A stretch of DNA of 64,000 nucleotides from Negaprion brevirostris (taxonomy: Eukaryota): positions 63,338,880 to 63,402,879 of the forward strand of contig JARDVH010000163.1 of assembly GCA_030324005.1 (NCBI GenBank), given 5' to 3'. The notes below the pieces were generated by a model. The model was not told the origin of the DNA and ran no database searches. It saw nothing but the letters and a program-made list of their open reading frames with translations. The position numbers and the translations under genes are program-made. Shown here in pieces: positions 26,442-41,616 of this stretch; position 1 is the stretch's first letter; each line of letters opens with the position of its first letter.

Positions 26442-27672
26442 AATAGAGTCATAGAGGTTTACAGCATGGAAACAGGCCCTTCGGCCCAACTTGTCCACGC
26501 TGCCCTTTTTTTTTAAAACCCCTAAGCTAACCCCAATTGCCCACATTTGGCCCATATCTCTCTATACCCATTGTACCCATGTAGCTATCTAAATGCTGTT
26601 TAAAAGGTAAAATTATACCCGCCTCTAATACTATCTCTGGCAGCTTGTTCCAGACACTCACCACCCACTGTGTGAAAAAGTTGCCCCTCTGGACACTTTT
26701 GTATTTCTCCCCCCTTACCTTAAACCTATGCCCTCTAGTTTTAGACTCCCCTACTTTAGGGAAAAGATATTGACAATCTATCTTGTCTATGGCCCTCATT
26801 ATTTTATAGACCTCTATAAGGTCACCCCTCAGCTTCCTACCTCCAAAGGAAAAAGTCCCAGTCTATTCAGCCTCTCCTTACAACTCACTCCATCAAGCCC
26901 TGTAGCATCCTAGTAAATCTTTTCCGCACTCTTTCTAGTTTAATAATATCCTTTCTATAATAGGGTGACCACAATTGTACAAGATATTGGCCTTACCAAT
27001 GTCCTGTACAATTCCTGTATTCAATGTTCTGACTTATGAAACCAAGCATGACGAATGCCTTGTTCACCACTCTGTCCAGCTGTGACTCTACTTTCAAACA
27101 GCTATGAACATGTACCCCTAGATCTCTTTGTTTTGTAACTCTCCCCAGTGCCCTACCATTAATTGAGCAAGTCCTGCCCTGGTTCAATCTGCAAATGCAT
27201 CACCTCGCATTTGTCTAAATTAAACTCCATCTGCCATTCGTCAGCCCACTGGCCCAATTGATCAAGATCCCATTGCAATTGGAGATAACTTCCTTCACTC
27301 TCCGCTATGCCATGAATTTTGGTGTTATCTGCAAACTTACTAACCATGGCCCCAGTATTCTCATCCAAATCATTAAAATAAATGACAAATAACAGTGGGC
27401 CCAGCGCTGATCCCTGAGGCACACCGCTGGTCACAGGCCTCCAGTTTGGAAAACAGCTCTCTACAACCACCCTCTGGCTTCTGTCAATTTTGTATCCATT
27501 AAGATACATCACCCTTGATCCTATGAGATTTAACTTTATGCAACAACCTACCATGCGGTACCTTGTCAAAGTCCATGTAGACAACATCAACTACACTGCC
27601 CTCATCTGCCTTCTTGGGTACCCCTTCAAAAAACTCAATCAAATTTATGAGACATGATTTTCCACTCACAAA
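26442..27672 (-). mobile_element. CR1/HER1-like LINE, 5'-truncated, RT domain with frameshifts
   Basis: YMDFDKVPHGRL, WRPVTSGVPQGSALGPLLFVIYFNDLD, SKFADNTK, WQMEFNLDKCEVMH, KTRGHRFKVRG; tail atagagtcatagag. Confidence 0.93.
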
Positions 27673-28569
27673 CACATGATATAGCTCCTTTAAGAGTAGG
27701 TAATAACAGTGCTTTGTTTCAATGTACACCAACTCCTATGGTCTCCTAAACTTTTATCCCTAATGGTTTCCAGGATTGAAATCTGTTTTCCAATGTGTGA
27801 TATTTGAACAAATGACTGAGAAATGCATAATGGAATTAAACATCTGGTAGACATATATAGAGGGAACTCTCCAGGACTTGATGACCACAGAAGGTGCGTT
27901 CATAACATAGCCAAGTAGTTTGATTAGCAGCTTGTAAATCTTTCTAATCTGAATGCAGTTGGGGGAAACAATGGGAAAGACTTTTTGTCAACTATGCTTG
28001 ATGGGAAGTGGCACCCCTGAAGCCATTGCCTCTGGTTAGGAAAAACTATCAAAACACTCAATTTGCCTGCCTCATACACTACTAAGTGAGGGAAGGAAAA
28101 AAAATGACATAAGAACATAAAGAGGAGTAGGAGTTGGCTCTTCAGCCCTTCTGGTTCACTCTGCTATCTATTGGCTGATCTTTCACTTCAATGACATTTT
28201 CCTGCACTATCCCTGTACCCTTTGATGTTTTTAATATATAGAAATCTATCGATCTTAGTCTTGAACATAATCAGTGATTGAACCTCCACAGTCCTCTGGG
28301 CAGGGAATTACAAAGATTTGCCACCCTCTGAGTGGAAAAATTGCTCTTCATTCCAGTCCTAAATGATCTCCCCCTTACTGAGAGACTGTCCTTTCTGGTT
28401 CTAGACCCCCTCAGATAAGGGAAACATCTGCCTGCATCCACTATGTTGAGCCCAGTAAGAATTTTGTGTGTTTGAACGATATTACCTTTCATTTTCCTAA
28501 ATTCGAGAGAGTAAAAGCCTGGTTTATTTCTTTCCTCATAGGTCAATCTCTTCATCTCAGGAATTAGTT

Positions 28570-28932
28570 ACGTGGTAACATCTACGAGATGCACTGCAGG
28601 AAATCACTAGTGGTCTTTAGGCAGCACCTTCCAAACCCAAGACTGTGACCATTTAGAAGGACAAAGGTGGCAGACACATGGGAATAACACGATCTGGAAA
28701 TTCCAAGTCACACACCATCCTGACCTGGAATTATATTGCAGTTCCTTCACCGTCACTGGGGACAAAATTCTGGAACTCACTCCCTAATAGTATTGTGGGC
28801 ATACCTTCACCACAGGGAACCGCAGCTGTTCAAGGAGGTGGCTCACCGCTACTTTCTCACGGACAATTAGGGATGGACAATAAATGCTGCCCTAGCCAGT
28901 GACATCCACATCCCATAAATGAATCAAAAAAA
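28570..28932 (+). mobile_element. LINE 3' end with short A tail inserted in the CR1
   Basis: SKSHTILTWNYIAVPS..WNSLPNSIVG; ends cacatcccataaatgaatcaaaaaaa. Confidence 0.7.
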
Positions 28933-29604
28933 ATCTTTGTTGCACTTCCTCTATGGCAAGTACATCTTTCCTTAGATAAGGTGACTAAAACTGTATACAA
29001 TACTTCAAGTGTGGTCTCACCAAGGCTATATATAATTGCAATAAGACATCTTTACTCTTATACTCAATCCTCTTGTAATAAAAGCCAATATACAATTAGT
29101 CTGTTTAATTGCTTGCTCTTCCTACCTTTTAGCTACATTTTAGGTCACCTTTTGAAGTTTAACACTCTCTAGCCTCACTATTTCTGTTTTTCCTATTAAA
29201 ATGGATAACCTCACACTTTTCACATTGTATTACATTTAAATCTTTGCCCACGCACTTAGCCCCTCTAAATCTCCCAAAGCGTTCTTGCATTTGTTATAAA
29301 ATGCTATCATTAGCATCTTCTTATTTAAATTCATTTGCTGATGTCAACCGCTGAATGCTTGCATGGACTGGCATCATCAGCAGTGCGGGTTTCACAGGTT
29401 TATCTTTGAATGTGGACCTGTGCACTAACTGCTGCTCCCGGTCCTGAGTTCTTGCTGTAATATAAGTTGATGTTTCTTTGTATATACAGCAGTTTGAATT
29501 TACTGATGCCTTCAACTACCTTTTGTGGGCGAAGTTACAGCGGTATCCGCCTCATAACTCACGCTTCCACCTAGGTTTGTGGCATCTTCAAACCTGGAAA
29601 TACT

Positions 29605-30123
29605 GGCCTGGATTTTCCAGTCCCCCGCCATGGTGGGTTTTCCCAAAGCTGATGTGAAGAGCCAGTGGCCGTCAACAAGGTTCCACCAAAGTCCACAGAA
29701 CCATAAAATCCCCACGCTCCAGAAGCAGACCATTCAGCCCATCAAGTCTGCACCGACTCTCCAAAAGAGCATCCCACCCAGGCCCAACCCCGCCCTTCCC
29801 CATAACCTCGTGCATTTGCCATGACCAATCAACCTAATCTGCACATCTTTGGACCATGGAAGAAAACTGGAGCACCCAGAGGAAACCCATGCAGACACAG
29901 GGAAAACTCCACACAGACCTGTCACCTAAGGCCAGAATCAAACTTTGGTCCCTGGCGCTGTGAGGCAGCAGTGCTAACCACTGTGTCACCAAACTGAGTC
30001 TAGGGGTATTTTCAAGGCTCATCTGCCTCTCTGCAGAGGACTTTGCCGGGGGGGGGGGGGGNNNNCCCCACCTCAGCTGGACTAGAACATCCCACTAGCG
30101 GGAAAGGTTGGAAAATCCTGTCC
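29605..30123. mobile_element. MITE-like element with terminal inverted repeats, itself interrupted by a SINE
   Basis: ggcctggattttcc (29605-29618) versus ggaaaatcctgtcc (30110-30123): 12/14 inverted match. Confidence 0.5.
29698..29990 (-). mobile_element. HE1-like V-SINE (tRNA head, V domain, CR1-derived tail)
   Basis: Minus strand ggtgacacagtggttagcactgctgcctcacagc...tgtgtctgcatgggtttcctctgggtgctccagttt. Confidence 0.85.
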
Positions 30124-30755
30124 ATTACATTTAATCCTCACATCCAGATCACTGATATAGATTGTGAATAGTTGGGGCCCAAGCACTGTTCTTTGCAAGA
30201 CCCCATTAGTTATGGCCTGCCAACTTGAAAATGACCCTTTTATTATTCCTACCATTTTCTGTCTGTTAACCAGTTCTCAATCCATGTCAATATATTCCCC
30301 CTCAATACCATGTGCTCTTATTTTGTTTACTAACCTCCTTAGTAGCTTTATCAAAGCTTTTCACATTCACCTGTTCCCCTGGTTATATTCTCAAAAAACT
30401 CCCAACAGGTTTAATAAACATAATTTCCCTTTCGTAAATCCACATTGGCTCTGCCCAATCCCAACACTATTTTCTAAATGTTCTTTTATTACTTCCTTTA
30501 TGACAAATTCTAGCACTTTCCCTACAATTGATGTTAGGCTAACTGGTTTGTAACTTCCCTAATGTTTCTCTCCTTCCATTCTTAAATAGTGGGGTTATAT
30601 TTGCTACTTTATTTTATTAAATCCTGTGGGTAGGACACATTGTTCATCAGAAACAGAACTCCAGGACTGAAGGTTTGCTCTACATTAATTGCTTCATTAC
30701 CCAATATAAGTTTAATTCAGTTCCCTAAGTATCTTTTAAAATTCTCTCTCTGTCA

Positions 30756-30947
<192 letters not shown>

Positions 30948-31227
30948 CTAGATCAGTACTGCATTACAAAAGAAAATATTAATCTCATCAAGGTTCTCAT
31001 CAAGTCTAACACAGAATGTGGACTGAAGACATTTTGGAAGTTGTGTACCTTAGTTGATGTGAAATTAATTAAAGTATATTCATTCTGACCAGCCTAGGAA
31101 AGTTATACATGGCCCTTATCTTCCACAGAGAAAAATCAAAAGGACAGGAAACAATCAGAGTGAATTTGTTTGGAAATGTTATATGTTACATGCCCTTTGC
31201 ACACACCACTTCTTCAGATTTTACTCA

Positions 31228-31326
<99 letters not shown>

Positions 31327-32459
31327 TCAAAGAAAGGACACAGGCTGAAATCATTTTATACTGCAATGCAGCCTTTCCATGACACAAGTTTAACCTTACT
31401 GCAACAATTCGGGGGATTTTTATTTTGTTTTCCTCTTTAGATGAGATAAAAAGTGATTTAAAAATTGGCTTCAAATATCTCAATTTTTAAAAGAGATCTT
31501 TGTCAGGCCACTGAAGAGATCTGAGCAGACCCATCTTCACTTTGGATAAAAAACAGCTGTGCCACTGTCAGTTATCACACGGAGTCAAATTTTGCTTCCT
31601 AATTTGGCAGTTTCTCTTTACATGTTGCTGTGCAGATTGAGGTGAACAAATACATAATTCCTAGTGATATGCTTCTTGGAGTAGATGGTAATTGTCTTAA
31701 CATTAATACTTTTGATGTGAAAGGTCTATTTTGGCATGAAATCACTGACTTAGCTGCTTGACTTTAATTCAGGCTGCTCGTGAAGTTAAACAGTGTGACA
31801 TCGCTGAAGGGAATCATTCCTTCAAATACATATGTTTGAAGGGGAACAGTTTGATTCTATCTTTATTGTGCCCTTCAATATCTGTATTATGAGTAACTTG
31901 GTGTTCTTCTGCTTCTTGTGCTGTCACTAGTTGGCCTTAGCTTGAACATAATAGCCAGATTGGATGTTATTTAGCATCTTTCAGAGTGAACAGAACACTG
32001 TGGGAATTCCACAAGATTTCTAGCACAGTGAACTTATAAGTTGCAAAGAGTTCTATCCCACTCATGACACAAATGAGGTTACAGATTACAGTTCATTGAA
32101 GGCTTTTCCTCTCTATGCAAACTACCATTCTGCCATGAGCACAAGTTCAAGGCAGTAAGAAAAAGCTCAAATAGTAGCATTCACATCCAGAAATACTGGG
32201 ACAACAAGGTTGCCATGAATTGTAGTCATTTATATTGAATTAAGATAATCTGGATTCTATGGACCTACTTTAGACTGTCATGAACTACCAGATAAAATGG
32301 TAAATCTTCATGAAAACATGCCAGTTACTCCATGAGGCTGCATTACAGACACAATAACAGTCATCGAGATGTCTAAGGGCTTTATTGGAAGCCCCATAAA
32401 TTCCTCACGTCCTACATTGGCAGATATCCTATCGATCACATTGGCATTGACCAATGCTT

Positions 32460-32610
32460 GTCACAGAATCATAGAGTTATACAGCACAGAAAGAGGCCCT
32501 TCAGCCCATCGTACCTGCATCAGCCATCAAGCACCTATCTACTCTAATCCCATTTCTCAACATTTGGTCTGTAACCTTGCACCCTTCAGCATCCCAAGTG
32601 CTCATACAAG
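32460..32610 (-). mobile_element. Short CR1-like 3' terminal fragment
   Basis: cacagaatcatagagttatacagcacagaaagaggcccttcagccc, like the tail at 26442. Confidence 0.7.
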
Positions 32611-33840
32611 AGCAGTCACTGAGGCAAATTCTGGCTGTGCAGGTTTTGCACTTATAGACATTTATGTTTGGGATTTTTATTTGTGTTTTTAGGTACCACT
32701 ACAAAATTAGAGTCTGGAAGTTCCATTGTGTCACAACTTGAAAAATGGAGTGTGGGTCTGAGGCATTCTGCTGAAGATTTTCACATCAGCAGGGAATATA
32801 GCTCAGCTAGCGCGGTCACTGCAGCAAGTAGTCTAATTTGTGTTTAATCTTTGGTAGAGCTTGAGATCTGGCACAAGCTGCAAACTTGGGGAAATAATAT
32901 GGAAGCTGCCTGATAGGCAATACAGGTGTGTATATCATGGATCAGACGGAAGGGTGTATATGTTGCCATCACCTAAGACCAAGATCATTCAACAAAGACA
33001 CAATGGTTCAACCAAGCAAATTAAACCACAAAAACAAGTGGCCCAGATTTACAAATTATTGTCATGGATTTNNNNNNNNNNNNNNNNNNNNNNNNNNNNN
33101 NNNNNNNNNNNNNNNNNNNNNNNNNNNNNNNNNNNNNNNNNNNNNNNNNNNNNNNNNNNNNNNNNNNNNNNNNNNNNNNNNNNNNNNNNNNNNNNNNNNN
33201 NNNNNNNNNNNNNNNNNNNNNNNNNNNNNNNNNNNNNNNNNNNNNNNNNNNNNNNNNNNNNNNNNNNNNNNNNNNNNNNNNNNNNNNNNNNNNNNNNNNN
33301 NNNNNNNNNNNNNNNNNNNNNNNNNNNNNNNNNNNNNNNNNNNNNNNNNNNNNNNNNNNNNNNNNNNNNNNNNAAGGGTTATTATATAAACGGCTGGCCT
33401 TATGGTTCATAAACTAGAACAGCGAATAAGGTTTATATAAAGGGGCTGGGAATAAGGTTTATAGTGGGGGAATATAGTTTATATACGGTTTAAATATACA
33501 AACATAGAATAAGACTTATGTATAGCACTGGGACTTAAGAAATTTCATGTAATATGACTCACGCACTCCTTCAAAAACTAAAAGGGGAGGGTTTCTCCCT
33601 TTTCGATAACAGTTTATCAATTTGGGTATGGGAGTTGAACAGGAAGACTCTTACATCTTATAATACAGGAGCTTAGTTCTGGTTGGTATATATTTGGACC
33701 TCACACCATTGCTGTACATGTGTTGGTTCATTCATGTTGCTTGGCAGAATGTTAACAAATGTCAAGTTAGGATTTCTGCCTGGCTGCAGAACTAGACTAT
33801 TCATTTACTGCTCTGAAATGTGCATAAAGACAAAGATTTA

Positions 33841-34086
<246 letters not shown>

Positions 34087-35491
34087 TCAAGCCAAATTGC
34101 TAACTATCACACTGGCAAAGCAATTCAAAATTTAAGCTTCCCCCATCATATCTGTGCTGGCTCTCTACTGGAACAACCCAAAAGCCCTGTTTCTTCACTG
34201 CATCATAAGTTTATCTAAATTCTCCCTTTATGAATACAATGGTCTCTGTCACAGTCATTCAGCACTCCTATATCTCGTTACATAAGGACATTTCTTCTCT
34301 GGAAATTTTAAGTTGATAACCCCTTAACTGAGTCTGCTGTCCCAGGAAACAGTCTTTCCTTATTTACAATAGTGAATTCCCTTTGTAATCAAATTAAAAA
34401 TCAATGAAATCCACTCTTGGCCTTTGCTGCTGCAGTAGATTTAACAGTAACATTTCAATTCTGTTTCCATAACTAAAGGTTTCATTCGCTGAAAACCTGT
34501 GCCATTTGATATTCTTTATCCCACCATAATTAGATGCAGTTGCAGAATGCAGCTTCCTTGTTTCACACAGTCTTACCCTCCTGGCTTCCCTATTCCTTCC
34601 CCTTTAAGACATTTGATCTCAAGAGCCTGCTTTCCATTGTAGTCTTCCTTCTGGGAGTCTTCTCTGCTGTAGGTAATAGAAGTCTGCCAGCTTCCCTTGT
34701 TGGTTCCACTAGCACCATACTGTTTGCTGCTTACCTCTGATTCAACATCAGGCTTCATGTTTTCTACAGTTCTATTCTTCTGTGTACAACTCCTTTGCCT
34801 GCCTCAGATTTAGTACTATTTGTAAGGGTTGGCACTTCTCCCAGGCAATATGCTGTCAACAGAACCTCAGTCCCTCTATTCCACCTTGAGTAGCATGAGA
34901 TTCCAGGGCTCCTGGTTCTCCACTTGTATCAGGTGCTGTAGCTCATTGCTTTCACATTGTATGTTCCTCAGAGTTCCAGTTTGCACCTCAGTCACTGTAG
35001 CAATCAGCACCACAGAGAAGGGATGCAGAAAGAGAGGAAGATTGCTGCTTTGGAACATTTTCATGAGGTCTCACAAGGAAAACATCAAAAACTGCTTATA
35101 TAGGGATAACTATAACTAGGCAGCACTCTGAGCTGACAACTTTCTTGAGTTCTTGCAATGCCCATCAGAGCCTACATTATATAAGCCAATTTAAAGTTGA
35201 CAGTTTTGATTGAGAATTACAGTGCTTCAGTAAAAGTTCATCTACAAATAGGGCACTAAACTGCAGACTCCATTGGGACAGAGCTAAATGATATACAATG
35301 CACAAGCAGACTTTCTTAGTCAGGACTACATTTTGCTGGATGATACTCAAGAACTTGAAATTCCTGTTCAACCTTGATAAAACTACTTCCTTCCTGCTAA
35401 TATTTTAACTAAGATGATCCCATTTGTTTCACTGGATCAGAAACCATTCTGACATTACAATATTTATTGTCTACATTTTAACCATCACTTA

Positions 35492-35647
<156 letters not shown>

Positions 35648-37254
35648 TTATTCAAAGCAAACTTCACTATACCTTCCCATCATTACATTGTGCTTTTGAA
35701 CTCATACGCCCACTTGATTAGAAATTAGCCAACTCCCCAGTGTCACATAGCAACCCTCAAATGGTCTTCAGCACTTCCTTTAACCCCACCAATCAAGTAA
35801 TGGACAGCACCTCTATGGAGTCAATGGACTCAGCAACAAAACCCCACCATTCAGTAACCCATATCCATCCACTCAGTTCAGCAAGTAACTCTACTGTTGC
35901 TCAGCAATGCAGGCAAGTGCTTCACAAACATTGCAAACTCAGCAATCATACACCCCCTTGACAAATAACTCAATCGCAACATTAGTCCTTCACAATTACT
36001 CGGCAACAAACCACTCAACAATATACATACCAGATCCCAGCTCAGAAATTTGTAACCTTATTTAATCATTCTACAATAAACACACATTCCTCCATACACA
36101 ATGCAATGCCAGTGCTGCACAATATAATGGGCGGAGGACCTCCTTCTGCAATTCTGGAAATGGTGTTGAAATCAAAAGAGAAAATGTTGGAAAATCTCAG
36201 CAGGTCTGACAGCATTTGTAAGGAGAGGAAAGAGCTGACATTTCTGGTCCAGATGACCCTTTGTCAAAGCTGATAATGCTGCTCTTTGTTTTCTTTCCAC
36301 TTAATCTAAGCATACAGAAGCTAATTGTAATATCCCTACCACTGATCCAACTGTGTTCACCACACTCATCATGAGCTCAGGATCTCAGCTATTAATTTCA
36401 TTGACAAACCAGGGTTCCCAAAAGCAGTCCTGACCCATCTGTTTGGTGATTATTTAAAGCACAGAATATAACTGGGGAAAATAATGTAAATGTTCCATTT
36501 AAATAGACTTCAAGAGGACTGGAATTGATAAGTGAAAGATACGTTGGTTATATATTGGAATAGGGAACAAAGGTTTCATTGAGCATGTTCCTTTTCGCTA
36601 TTGGGCCCCCTTCTCTTTGTCACATACACATCACTTCTCAGTAACTTATCTCAAAGTGTGGCACACAGTCTTACTTTTACCCTTGACTTCAGGACTGCTG
36701 CGATACTGCTGATTGTGCTGTGCCTTTCCAGCATCAAGTGAATGAGCCAATATTTCCTCCAATTAAGTAATGGCAAGATAACCNNNNNNNNNNNNNNNNN
36801 NNNNNNNNNNNNNNNNNNNNNNNNNNNNNNNNNNNNNNNNNNNNNNTTTGCATAAGCTTAAACCAACAGTTCAAGATATTGATATCCTGCTCAATACCTG
36901 CACTGAGCTTCAAACTCCACACCAGCCTAACAAAAGACCATCTTTCCCCATTTCCAATATATCAAGCGCTTCCATCTCTTCTCCTGTTTCCAAAACCATC
37001 CTAATATGGCCTCCCAAAATCCAATATATATCAACTCCAAATCATATAGAATTCTGATATTCACAGCTAATCTCTCTCATCAAAAACTGCAGTCCTTGAC
37101 TACCTTCACTGACAGAGCCTTTAACCATCAATGGCCTTTCTCTTGTGCACCTTTCCCCACCTTCACAAGGCACCTATTAATTTGCCTCTTTGATCACATT
37201 CTTAGCCATCCTTCCTAACCACTCCCAGTTGATTTCTGATGTCCACTACACTCC

Positions 37255-37640
37255 CGTTAAAGAAAGACTTGCATTTTATACCACCTTTCAGAACTTTGGA
37301 GACAGTCACTTTTATAATGCAGGAAACACACCAGCCAATTTATGCAGTGCAGGCTTCCTCAAACAGCAGTGATATTCTGTTTTGCTGATGTTGGTTGAAG
37401 ATTAAATATTGGTCAGGACACCAGGGAGAACTCACCCACTCTTCTTCAAATAGTACTTTGCGATTTCTTACATCCAGCTCAAGGGCAGAATGGGAGATTG
37501 GTTACAGTCACATCTGAAAGATGGCACTTCCTCAGTACTGCACTGGAGCCTAGATTATGAGCTCAAGTCCCTGAGTTGGTCTTGAATTCACAACCATCTG
37601 ATTCAGAAGCAATAGTCTTACCAACTAAGTCACAGCCATG
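37255..37640 (-). mobile_element. Old SINE (DeuSINE/SacSINE-like)
   Basis: agacttgcattttata tail; ggacaccagggagaactc core shared with the 17380-17762 copy. Confidence 0.55.
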
Positions 37641-40600
37641 AAGTCGTGAATTATGTTGCGATATTTCACTGTGATAACTCTCAGTTGTCAGTACCCAAGA
37701 CAATTTGAGTTTTTTATTTTTTTGTCCTCTTCTGTCATCTAATCCAGTTTAAGATTGGATCATAGTATGCACTTTCATGACAATCTTAATAAAACACAGA
37801 CTTACAAAACATAGGGAACAAAAGGAAGACTTTGAAAGCAGGGCGAAGGAAGATTTCTAGGACAAATATTTAGGAGCCAAGCTCCATAATTTGGTACATG
37901 ATAAATGAAAGAGCAATCAGCAATGGCACTGTGGGAGCAGGGAATAATCCAATAGCTAAAGTATTTGCAGGGATGTACAGCTGAGATCACAGTGCTTTAC
38001 AGAAAGGCTGTACGTTCACTTATACTCAGTTCCCATTTCTATCAGTTCTGTTCTCTCCCATAGCTGAAACCTAGCATATTTCTCAATAAAAACATGGCTG
38101 GAGAAGTGGGACACAAGCACTTAGTGAGGGGTTAATGAAATTGTGGCTTTACCTCTTCTGCTGAGAGGGATTAGAACTGCTCGACTTTGTGGAGGAAAGG
38201 AACAGTTCAAAATAACGACTTGAAGTATTTTGTGTGGGAGATGCTCATGTTGGTTTATAAAGTTCCTTGTTTTTTTCAATAAAATGTAAAGTCAGCCTTA
38301 TGCTAAATCAATAGGAATTCATTTTTAAAATTTCAAAGCAAATTTGAGATAGTTTGAATTAGTGAAAATTAAAGTGACTTAAAACTACAGTTAATGTTTC
38401 TGTGAAGCAATTTGAAATGAAATGACAGTATCATATATAAACCACAAAATATCGAAAACAAAAGATTGAACATGATTACCGTGCAAACCAACTGACTCAA
38501 GAAGCAGGTTTATTCTGTACCCAGAAGGGTAAGGATTACCTACTGCAAAAGTATGTCGGCATTCGTATTTTATCTTACATAATCACATAGCTATTCACAA
38601 GAGCAGAATACTGCATAACGAACCTCTTCACAATGCAGCACCAGGCGGATGGGCCAGCAGTTACTGTATTGCAATGGAATGAAAATTAAAGGTTTATTTT
38701 TCAAAAAGATAATTAACTTTATACCAGGTTAGAACTGATGAAGCACAGTGCAATTCAGGGAAGTGAATTCCCTTTCTTGCTCACACATACACAGGTGTAA
38801 GAAATTAAAAACATGTACCTTTTCTAACAGTCAGCACTTTGTTTAATTGAACTATTAGCAAGACGAAACTCAGTTAAAGCTAGGACAAGTGTGTAATTAG
38901 TCATTTCTTTTCATTCTTTTAAAAATGAGATCATAGCAAACTTCATCTCAAATAAGCATTCAGTTTGTTCTCTAGCTTCTCAAATTTTTTTAAAAAGGAA
39001 CCTAAGCATAAATTGCTCAAAGTTAGAAAAATATTCCATCAATACTGCTGACTGACTAGTACTGATAATCCTGAAAAATTAGTTACTGTGTAATCCAAAT
39101 TCAGTTTACAGCAGTCAGTTCTAGGCAAAGATACCAAGTCCAAGGGCAGGATTTTTGGAGAGACTGAGGTCAAGTAAATACTGTTATCAGAAATATACAA
39201 ATTTTAATTAAAAATTTAATCATCTATTTTGGATAATAGAAACTTGAGAGGAAATGTTAGCCAAGATAGGGCTTTAATGTGGGTATTAGATAATATATTG
39301 TTAATAAACCATAAAAATGCGTATGTGTGTTTGGTGACAGATTGTGCGAGACAGACCAACAAAGAGCGGGCCACCAATGCACATTCCTAATTTTGTTGGG
39401 ACCACAAAGTTGGAAGGCATGTCCTGAAATAACGCAGTCTTCTTCGCCTGATGACTCAGTGAGCTTATCCATTGAGGAGTTGAGCCATTTGCCAAGATTG
39501 AGGTGCCCAAACTGTGGGTCATGAACTCCATGGGGTCACAGGACAAACAACCGGAGTCTCAAAGTTCCAAGGCAGCACTGACAGCTGTGGAGTGGAGACT
39601 CAAACTTGACAGGGGATCAGCTGTGAAGACTCCTTTAAGTTGCATCATTTTGTTACCGTGGGTGTGGTCTAATCCAATGGTTACCAAAGCCTAGTCACTG
39701 GCACAAACAGAGCCTGCAAATTGGTAGGTGTCTTAGCTGTTTTTTGTAGCTGTATAACTGCTGTTTCAACTCCCAAACTGCTCAACAACTCTTTCCTCTT
39801 TCCCCTTCCATTTTCACTTTGGGGTTGCAGAAAATGTGAAGCATTAAAATGGGGTCACAGTAGAAAAAAGTTTGGGAATCATTAGACTAGGAAAATCCCA
39901 CGGTCAATTCCCAGTCAGTGCTTTTGGGTGATCAGAGATCAGGCGACAGAAATTCTGTGCAGAATCCAGTGATACTTCATAAACGTGCATGCTAGTAGCC
40001 TCCAAATTAATCCATTGCCTGCTGAATAATTAATTGACCCACAAAAAAATGAAAGATATAGCAATGCAGTGCTTATGGTACAAGACTACCAAGGTCATGA
40101 TTTCAAACCAAACTACAGCAAGTTGTGAAATCTGTAAAGTCTTTTGAGCTAGCCCCAGAAATGCGGCAGGCATTGATGTAGACACCAAACTGGTTCACTC
40201 ATGTCCTTTAGGGAAAGGAGTCATTCACAGCTATATTGTACCCAGCCGGTTGAATTTTAGTGCCCTCTGAATTGGCCTAGCAAGCTATTCAAATATAAAA
40301 CGATCACTCAACAATACATGCTAATTTGTCAGCATCACTCACATCCTGGGAACAAATTTTAAAAACATGTTGGTAAGGTGTGAAAGGTTGCCAGATGGTG
40401 GTGAACCGTGTCTTTGTACAGAACCAACACATTCAGAAAAGAGGAAAACTTGCACCAAAACAGGAATATGCCATAGGTTTCAAAGCAATAGGATTTACAA
40501 TAGCATGCAACAAGAACTGCCTGGCCTTCTAATGATTCTAGCCGCCCCTTGGTTCAAAGGAAGGAGTGTGCCAAGTGGTGTGACAGGCTGTATTATATTT

Positions 40601-41476
40601 TCACATCCAACCTATTAAAATATTGGAAGTATATCAGATTATTCAGGAGATTGCTCAAAATTTATAAAGACTCATAACTATTTTTGAATGAATGCTTGTG
40701 AGTAAAGCCATTAGAATGGAAGGAAGTTGCATTAGAGAAACAGGAAATAGTTACTACCATCGCTTTGTTTGGAAATCCTATAAAGGACGTACCATTGTCA
40801 AAGTAGTACAGTATTTTGTCTAATGGAGAAATCAAACTTTGCTGAGGATATGCTACACAATTTTTCAATGTACACCAGGTATTATGGGAGAAGACACTAG
40901 TATACAGAAACTGATTAGACTGATTTTATTTTTAAACAGCACAGGATTCCAGAAATTTTCCTCATATTTTGGGACTGCAATCCACAATTCCATTTGGTAT
41001 ACATTACAGCAAAACATGAGCACAGATAAACTTGTCAAAACACAAGTATGAATAAAAAAAATTTCAGATTAATACCCTTGTATCAAATGGGGCTTCTCTT
41101 TAAATATTTGGCACTATAAATTGCCATCTTGACCCAGGTATTTTTCCTGTTCCTGCTATACTTTAATGACCATGCTTAGAACCATATCACAGGAAGCAAC
41201 ACAGATTTGAGTTAAACCATAGGCATTGGGAACACAAAATAATCAAGAGAAAGAATTCTAAATAGAAGTGAATATTAAAAATGGAGGAAGGCCAGATCTG
41301 CTGGTGGTTCTTTCACATTCTTTCAACCTCCCACATAACTGAACTATGCAGGAATAAAGCAAAATACTGGAGATGAGAAATTCTGCGATTTCCCATTAAA
41401 CGCTGTTCAGAGCATTGCTAAGGTGCAGGTCTTCAGATAAACAACATTTTGTTAAAGCAGAAGCCTTTTACATTGA

Positions 41477-41616
41477 GGGTATCTTGCAGATGAAGTTAAC
41501 AGAAATTATATTGTTCTGTCACCACCCTTGACTTTACCACTGCTGCTAAGACTTAAGGCCGTTAAAGGTCATCTCCTACCAGGACCTGTGCATCTTGGGC
41601 GCCAGCTTCTATCACC
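41477..41616. repeat. ~140-bp direct repeat, copy 1
   Basis: tatcttgcagatga...atattgttctgtcaccacc...gctgctaagac shared with 43394-43534. Confidence 0.9.

Larger units (their letters stand above)
28105..30610 (-). mobile_element. Older CR1-like LINE interrupted by several insertions
   Basis: acataagaacata tail at ~28108; YSLEFRKMKG...QRVANLCNSLP; resumes at 28935-29290 and 30125-30610. Confidence 0.8.

Noticed and set aside
26993-27732. Reverse-transcriptase-like ORFs as a host gene, retron or active element
   Set aside because: Frameshifted, 5'-truncated CR1 LINE copy
32861-33417. Long ORFs spanning the N run (also 5071-5805 and 53772-54127)
   Set aside because: Open only because N codons translate as X
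33374-33540. Degenerate gggaataaggtttatata repeats beside a gap as a CRISPR-like array
   Set aside because: Short degenerate minisatellite in a vertebrate intron; no unique spacers or cas genes
38150-38180. Possible 24-nt microexon in intron 7 (cag|...gaagag|gtaaag)
   Set aside because: Such motifs arise by chance in 21 kb; no homology or other support
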